The notes under the pieces are model-generated. The model did no database searches. It was not told where the DNA came from and saw nothing but the letters and a program-made list of their open reading frames with translations. A DNA stretch of 11,999 nt from Fonticula alba ATCC 38817 (taxonomy: Eukaryota > Protista > Nucleariida), in assembly GCA_000388065.2 (NCBI GenBank), contig KB932203.1; one strand, written 5' to 3'. Position numbers and translations under genes: made by a program. This document shows, in pieces, positions 1 to 7,800 of this stretch. Positions within the stretch are counted from its first letter, which is position 1, and each line of letters begins with the position of its first letter.

Positions 1-70
1 CCCCCCCGACACAAGGTTACCTCCTCTCCTTTTGTCTCCTGCTCACATACACCTGTGCACTGGCCCCAGG

Positions 71-166
71 ATGAAGGCTCCACTGGCGGCCGGGCCCCGG
101 CTGGCCTTGGCCCTGCTGCTGCCGGCCCTGCTGGCGCTCCTGCTGCCGATCGGATCGCTGTCGGCG
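71..166 (+). other. N-terminal signal peptide (MKAPLAAGPRLALALLLPALLALLLPIGSLSA)
   Basis: Basic n-region (K, R), long Leu/Ala h-region and small-residue c-region ending S-L-S-A. Judged by eye. Confidence 0.8.
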
Positions 167-1815
167 CCGATCACCACCAAGCAATCCGTCTGCGCCCTGG
201 TTACCCTGGCCGGTGGCTCGCAGGAAATCCAGCAGCTCCCCCTGGTCCCGGAGGTGACAAATGTGATGTACATGCGGCCGATTGAGTCGCTGGCCATGCT
301 GGAGGAGCACAATCTGGACTTCGTCCTGCACATGAGCCAAGCCTCGGACGCCTATCAGCTGGGCTCCACGGACTGGCACTTCCACCAGGACCGACTGCCT
401 TTCCTGTGGCAGGATCCCCGGTGGGGGTCGCTCTTGCACAAGGACCCGCAGGGGGGAAGCCGTCTTCTCCTGGCAGGGCGCGAGGCCGGCTGGCCGGTGC
501 TTCTGGTGCCGGTCCCGGATGACGCCCCGGTGCTCCTCCAACACTCCGACCTCGGGGCCAACATGCTGCCCAGCATCCCGAGCAGCTCCTTCATCCACGA
601 GAACATCAAGGTGCTGGCCGCCACGGCCACCTCCCCCGGCCAGGTTATCATGCTCTTGGTGGACCTGGCCACCGACGCCACATGGCAGGTGCTGCTGTCG
701 CCCACCGCCGAGCCCAGCTCCCGGGAGATAGTCCTCGGCAACAAGAAGCCCTCCACCCCCTGGCGCGGGGCCATCGCCGATGGGGCCCAAGATGGGGCCT
801 TCATCGCGTGGGCCAGCCAGCAGCTACTGCATCTGACATGGGCCGGTGCCCAGGCGGATGTGGTCTTCACCATCGAGCCCGGGTGCACCATCCAGTCGGT
901 GGTGCTGACGCGTCTGACCACGCCCCATGAGCAGGATCTGGCGGTTCTCTTTCGGGATGGGTCTCTGCTGCTGGTGCGCGGCTTCCGCTCGGCCGGGGCA
1001 CGATGGGGCCCAAGATGGGGCCTTCATCGCGTGGGCCAGCCAGCAGCTACTGCATCTGACATGGGCCGGTGCCCAGGCGGATGTGGTCTTCACCATCGAG
1101 CCCGGGTGCACCATCCAGTCGGTGGTGCTGACGCGTCTGACCACGCCCCATGAGCAGGATCTGGCGGTTCTCTTTCGGGATGGGTCTCTGCTGCTGGTGC
1201 GCGGCTTCCGCTCGGCCGGGGCAGTCTTCCATTGGACCCGGCTGCCGGCCGGGGCCCCGGCCACCGGGACCCTGGTGGCTCCCGAGCCCCGGGGCATGAC
1301 CGCCCCCCTGGGCCGACTGCTGTACGTGGCACCCAGGGATCCCGGCATCCCGGCCGGCTATCAGAATACCTGGCAGCTGTCCTGGGCCCCGGCAGCCGGG
1401 GCCCCCCCGGCCGACATGTGGCAATGGGAAAAGCTGGACCTGCCCGGGCTCAGCTCCGGTGTGTGGCCTCGGTTCTTCCGCCACCGAACCATGCAAGACT
1501 GGCTGCTGGAGGCCAACGGGTGGCTGTACCTCGGGCCCAGCCAATTCGAATGCGCCATCGACCACACGATTGTCTGCTCCACGGCGACATCCAACACGGG
1601 CTGGCTGTGCCAGTCGGGCCGGGAGCTGTCGCCCATGGTCTTCGACCGGAGGCTGTGCACCGGCTGCGTCGATGGCAGTGCCCTGCAGCCGACAGATCGG
1701 AAGAGCACACGTCTGTGCCAGTCGGGCCGGGAGCTGTCGCCCATGGTCTTCGACCGGAGGCTGTGCACCGGCTGCGTCGATGGCAGTGCCCTGCAGCCGA
1801 CGCACCTCTCCGCCT
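71..1815 (+). CDS. Exon 1: signal peptide, Cys-poor domain A and start of the first Cys-rich unit (interrupted by two duplications)
   Basis: ORF 32..1153 switches frame to ORF 927..2039 exactly across the 223-bp duplication. The exon ends at T|GTGCGT (donor 1816, phase 1). Confidence 0.75.
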
Positions 1816-4800
1816 GTGCGTTCCCCTCGCTCCGGGGCTTGCCGCCCCCCCCCCTTACGTTTTCCTCCCTCGCTGTTTTTGGTGTTGCCACGCCCCCCCT
1901 CCCCCCGCCCCCCTCCACGGTAGATGCGCTACTGACATGGATTCTCCGGGCGACGCTGGAATGGCGCCTCTCGCACGCCCTTCCCCACTGCCCCGCTCCC
2001 GCCCGCGGCAGCTGCCTGCCTGGCGTGCGTCGTCCGTGACTGCCTGGTGTGCACGCCCGACCAGCAGTGCCTCATCTGTGCCAAGGGGTTCATGCTCCTG
2101 TCGGACAGGTTCACCGGGCAAAGCAGCTGCGTGGAGACCTGCCCCGCCGGGACAACCGCCTCCGATGGGGACCTGTGCGCTTGGGCCCTGAAAGCCTCGA
2201 TCATGCCCACACCCAGCAGCTTTACCGGGCCCCAGACCGGGTACCCGGAGCACACCCGGCTGGCAGTGCAATCCCCCCTGGGGGTCCTGCCATCCGGGAC
2301 GTTTGTCCTGAACACCGACCAGCAGGGCCGGCCCCATGGAGTGCTGATCCTGCCCACATCGGAGGCTGGCCCGCTGGCCATCTCCCAGTCGACCGGCCCG
2401 GCCGGCCCCATCCACGCGTCTTTCATCTCCACCCAGTTCATCCCGGCGAATACCCTGGGCGTGGTGAGCCTCGGGCCGACCCTTGTCAGCGGGTCCATGG
2501 TGCTGGTCACGGCCGCCTGCGTTGGGACCCACATCGCACTGACCCAGTGGCGGTGCAGCAGCCCGGTGGGATCCCCCGGGCCCGGCACATGCGAGCCGAA
2601 TGCCACCACTCCGCCCACCCATGGGCTCCCGTGTACGGACATCCGCCAGACGGACGCCACGGTGGCGGTGGTGCGCGGGGCCGGCGCCGATGTCGCTGCC
2701 TTCTTCCTGTTGTACCTCGTCACCGAGGAGGGCACCCTATCGGCGGTGCACCGGCGGCTGCCATTTGTCATCCGGCCGGCCGCGGCGCAGCACGCCTTCC
2801 CGGTGGTGTTCCCGGCCATGGGCGGCACCCGGCGGTGGGTGCTGCTCCCGGCGGACCCCCTCGGCCGGATGGGGCTCCTGCCGGTGGACATGCTCCAAGA
2901 GCAGGACCCCCGCCTGGTGGAATACCCCTACGACGCGCTGAGGACTCTGGATGAGGCGCAGCTGGGCCTGGCCACCGGCCGTCGAGACTGGCTGGTGCCG
3001 GTGGTGCTGAGCACCGACTGGCGGTCCAGCCAGCATGCGGATGCCCTGGTGACCGGGCTTTTGCCGGATCAGGCCGGCGGGTCGATCTGGCTGGCCCGGC
3101 ACCTGCCCGGCATGATGCGCCCACATGGCCGGTTCCAAAGCATGCCGGCCCGGGACCAGATCCTCCTGCGGCTGCCGGGGGTGGTCCCGGGTGGCCCCAC
3201 CTCCTGGCGCGTTCTGTCGATGGACCTGGGCATCGGCCCGTATCCGAGCATGATGATGCTGCTGGCGCCGGGCGGCCGGGTCTTCGTCAGCCTGCTCTTC
3301 TGCCAGGCCACCGGCGTGTGGCCGGTGTGCGCGCTGGAGCCGGCCCTGGAGCTTGGCCTCCTGCCGCCCGGGGCCGCCAGCCAGCTGGACGCGGTGTCCC
3401 TGGTGCGCATGCCCACCCCGGAGGAGGATACCACCGGCGGCGGGCAGGCGGCCGTCGCGGCCGATCCGCCGATCCGGCAGCGGCTCTTCATCTCGTCGCC
3501 CCATTCCAACGGCCTATTGGTGACCCTGTCGCTGGGGGAGTGCCCGGCCGGCAGCCACTGGACCGGCTGGGGGGGATGTCAAATGTGTGACCACATGTGC
3601 CTGGAGTGCGATGGCCCGGGCCCAGGAAGCTGCCTGAGCTGTCGGTATGGGGGGTCCACGCCGGCCGGGGGGTCTGGCACATGCGAAGCCGTCTGCCCGG
3701 CCGGGCAGTATGTCGGCCCGGATGCCTGCCTCCCCTGCCCCGGGGAATGTGCCACATGCATGGCCCTGGGCCCGGTGAATGACCCGCGGCCCGGGTGCAC
3801 TTCCTGCCCGCCGGGCTTCCTGCTGGACCCGGGGGCCGGGGGCCTGCCGGGGCCGGCGGGCCTGTGCATGCCCTGCAGCCCGGCATGTGCCACTTGCACT
3901 CGGCTCGATGATGACACGGCCTGTGATGCCTGTGCGGCGGGGTACTTCCGCAAGCGCGGCGGGGCCTGTGTGCTGGCATGCCCGGATGGCGAGTTCGGGT
4001 CGGCCGACTCCGGCCAGTGTGAGCCCTGCTCGGCCGGGTGCACCGCCTGCACCGAGGCCCAGGAGTGCACCCGCTGTGCCGAGGGCCGCTTCCTCCAGGG
4101 GGGCGTCTGCCCTCGGTGTGATGGATCGTGCGCCGCCTGCACCGGGCCGGCGGCCTGCACCGTTTGCCAGGCGGGCCTGGCCTTTGAGGACCCCTCCCCC
4201 GGGCTGGCCAGCCTCTGCACCGGGGTCTGCCTGCCGGGGGACTACCTGCCGGGTGTTCCGGGCCCGGGGGACGGGCCCTGGCGATGTGCCACCTGCGCCG
4301 GGACTTGCGATCTGTGCGCCGAGACGCCGGATGCCTGTCGGGTGTGCGCCGCGGGCCACCGGTGGGCCGGGCCCTCGGCCCCGACCGGCCAGGCCACCGG
4401 GCCGTGTGTCCCCTGCCCGACCGAGTGTTCCTCCTGCACGGTGGGCCTGGGACCCGGGGCGCCGGACCGGTGCCTTTCCTGTGGGGGGGGCTGGTTCCTG
4501 ACGCGCGAGGCCGCCTGCGTGGGGGCCTGCCCGGCGGGCATGTTCGGCGACCTGGCCTCCGGCACATGCCAGCCCTGTGCCGTGGAGTGTGCCCAGTGTG
4601 GCGGCCCGGCGGCCGACCAATGCACCGAATGTGCCGGCGGGCTGGACCTGGTGCCGGCCGGGGCCGGGCAGACATGCGTGTCCGGCTGCCCGGCCGGGCA
4701 GTACCGCCAGCCCGGCACCGCCGACTGCCATCCCTGCAATGAGGCCTGCGCCGAGTGCAATGGCCCCTCGGACCGGGACTGCTGGCGATGCACCGGTCTG

Positions 4801-7800
4801 GTGCTGCAGGATGGCGAGTGTGTGCAGGAGTGCGCCGCCCGGCATGCCCCGGTGGCGGCCCGGTGCCTGCCGTGCCATCCCTCCTGCGGGGCCTGCTCCG
4901 GCACCCGGAGCACCGACTGCCTGACCTGCGGGTCGGGCCTGCTGGAGCTCGGCACCCGGGGCGTGGACTTGCGCTGCCTGGCGTCCTGCCCGGTGGGGTT
5001 CTCCCCGGCGACCGGGGCCGCGGCGTGTGTCACCTGCCCGGAAAATTGCGTGCGGTGTGCCGGTGCCGGTGCCGGTGCCGGGTCCTCGGGCTCCACATGC
5101 GACCAGTGCGCTCGGGGGTGGCTCCGCGCGCCGGCCGGGTCCGAGGACGGCCTGGCCTGTGTGGACACCTGCCCGGAGGGGACCTTCCCCTACAGCGGGG
5201 CGTGCAGCCGGTGCCATGACACCTGCGGGGCGTGCTTCGGCCCGGGGCCCGGGCACTGTTGGGAGTGTGCGCCCGGGGCGCCGCTCCGGGCCCCGGATGA
5301 CACTTGTGTTGGTGTCTGCCCGGCCGGGTCGTTCGAGGCTCCGGCTGGGTCGTCGGACTCCCCGGCCGGGGCCCGGTGCCAGGTGTGCCATGCTTTGTGC
5401 GGCCCCGGGTGCACCGGGCCCGGGGATGATGCTTGCACGGCGTGCCCGCCGGGGCGCCTGCTGGCCGGCGGCCGGTGCCTGACCGCCTGCCCGGCCGGCA
5501 GCTATGCCACTCCGGAGGCCGTGTGCCGGGCATGTGCCCCGGAGTGTGCCCAGTGCGCCGGGCCCGAGGCGGCCGCCTGCACGGCCTGCCCGCCGGGGCG
5601 CTTCCTCACCCGGGCCGAGCAATGTCTGGACACCTGCCCGGGCGGGGAGGCCCCCTGCCATGTGTCGGGCCGGTGTGTGCCCTGCCCGGCCGGGTGTGCT
5701 GGGTGTGTTGTTTCGCCGGCCAGCGGCCCGGCGGACCCCTGCGCCGTGGAGTGCGTCGCTTGTGACGTGGGGCTGGTGCTGTCCCGGTCGGGGGCCTGCC
5801 TGGCCGGCTGCCCGGCCGGGGAGTTCCTGCCCACCGGCGGCTTGGCATCCGCCGGGCCGTCGGTATGCGCGCCATGCCAGGCCCCGTGTCGCACGTGCAC
5901 CGGCACGGCCGAGCGCTGCACCTCCTGCTCCCTGCCCGGGGAGGGGTGGCTTGTGCCGGAGGCGGGGCAGTGCGCGGAGGCGGGCTGCCCGGCGGGCCGG
6001 GCGCCGGTCAGCCGGCCGGCAGACCCCCCGGGCATCGGCCCGGCCCGGGTGTGCCTCGCGTGTCCCATCCACTGCGAGGTGTGTGAGCGCGCGGCCAATG
6101 GCGACTTGCCGGCCGACCAGGCGGCCTGCCGGCTGCCGGCGCCGGCCGCCGAGTTGGTCTGCGCACCGGTGGTCTCCTGTGACCGGTGCCAGCATGGGTA
6201 CCTGCTGCTGCGTGGTGGTGGTGGTGGTGGCGGTGGCGACGGCGGCGGTGGTGCGACCACCTGCGTCGGCGACTGCCCCCGTGGGTATTACGCGGCCCTG
6301 GGCACTGGGCCGGCCGCGGTGGATGCGTGCCTGCTGTGCGTGGCCGGGTGCGCGGCCTGCGCCGGGCCGCTGTCGGAAGATTGCACCGAGTGGGCGGGGC
6401 TCTCGCCGAAGGGTCGTCTCGGTGCGTGTGTTGTCCTGGGGGGGGGGGGGGGACCTGGGCCCTGCCATCCTCCGGTCCTTTCTGTCCTTTCCTTTGGTTG
6501 GCCCTCATCTCGTGCCTCTCTTTCCGCGGGTCTCGTGGCCGTGGCCGCCTGCTGACGGTGATGTGGGGGAATCCCCCCCCCTCCCCCCCTCCGATGGCCG
6601 GCATAGCTGTCGGCCTGGGCGTCGGCCTGGGGATCCTGTTCCTGTTGCTCCTGATTCTGGTGGTCCTGGCGCTGGTGTACTTCCTGCGTCGGCGCAATGG
6701 GGCCAAGCCGGCGGTACGTGTCGCGCGCGCGCGCCCTCTCCCTCCCCCTCCGTCTCTCTGCTTGCCTTCCTTGCCGGCTGCCTCGCCCTCGGACATGCGT
6801 CCTCCCGGCATGGGCCTCACCCTGGGGCGCGAAGGGCGGCGGCCTTCTACGATCTCACAGGCCCGAGCACACACCCAAACGTTGCACTGACACGATGACG
6901 ACAATCAACAATTCCCCCATGCGCACCTCCATTCGCCATGCGCGTGCCATGGTGGCGGCCGGGGCCACAGGGCGACGGTGACGATTTCGGTGCGTCACTC
7001 TCCTCCTCCCTCTCCTCCTCCCCCTCCCGCGCCCCGGTGCCGGGAGCTGTGCCACCCTCTTTTGCCCTGGCCGCCGCGCCTCGGCCGGGGCCAATGCCGC
7101 GTCACTGACATCCCCCGCCCGGCTGACAATCGCTCTCGCGTCGCCCAGACTCCACCGTGCTGAATACGATTGTCGGTGCGTTGAGGCCGCTCCCAGTGGT
7201 GTCATGCGCAGACGCTTACCCATGCGCGCGCGCACACATGGTGCATTCGCTTTTAACACTTCGGCCATGTGCGCACAGAGCTTTCCCTGCCCGGAAGTAT
7301 CCTGGTCAACATTGGGGCTGATTTTGCCCCCCTGCCAGGCGAGAGCCTCGGTGCGGGGACGCAGGCGTCCGTGTATGCGGCGCGGGCCGTCGGTGCCGGC
7401 ATCTCGGACCGCCTGGCCTGCCCGTCCACGGTGGCCATCAAGCGCATGAAGGGTACGTCCCTGGCGGGCGAGAGGGGTCCTGCCTGTGGCCGGGCGCGGG
7501 CCGGCACTAACTATCTTCATCTCCCCCCTGCCTGCTTTTTTCTCTGGCTTTTGTTCCTGTCTCTCTCCTTCTCTCCTCTCTCTCCTCTCTCCTCTCTCTC
7601 TTCTGTCTCTTCTGTCTCTTTTGTCTCTTCTGTCTCTTCTGTCTCTTCTGTCTCTTNNNNNNNNNNNNNNNNNNNNNNNNNNNNNNNNNNNNNNNNNNNN
7701 NNNNNNNNNNNNNNNNNNNNNNNNNNNNNNNNNNNNNNNNNNNNNNNNNNNNNNNNNNNNNNNNNNNNNNNNNNNNNNNNNNNNNNNNNNNNNNNNNNNN

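Noticed and set aside
32-70. ORF-track start at 32
   Set aside because: The codon is TTG. ATG 71 directly begins a canonical signal peptide.
1605-1801. Repeat-spacer-repeat layout as CRISPR-like, or as a mobile insertion with a long target-site duplication
   Set aside because: The spacer is the Illumina adapter, there are only two copies, and the context is a eukaryotic exon.
1921-2039. TAG at 1921-1923 as the intron 1 acceptor
   Set aside because: It leads to a stop at 2037-2039 and lies upstream of the branch-like CTACTGAC. CAG at 2011 instead yields a continuous Cys repeat.
3514-6468. 984-aa minus-strand ORF and other long antisense or alternate-frame ORFs over the ectodomain exon
   Set aside because: These are Arg/Pro/Gly/Ala-rich shadows expected opposite a high-GC coding frame. 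They show no motif, while the plus frame has coherent Cys repeats.
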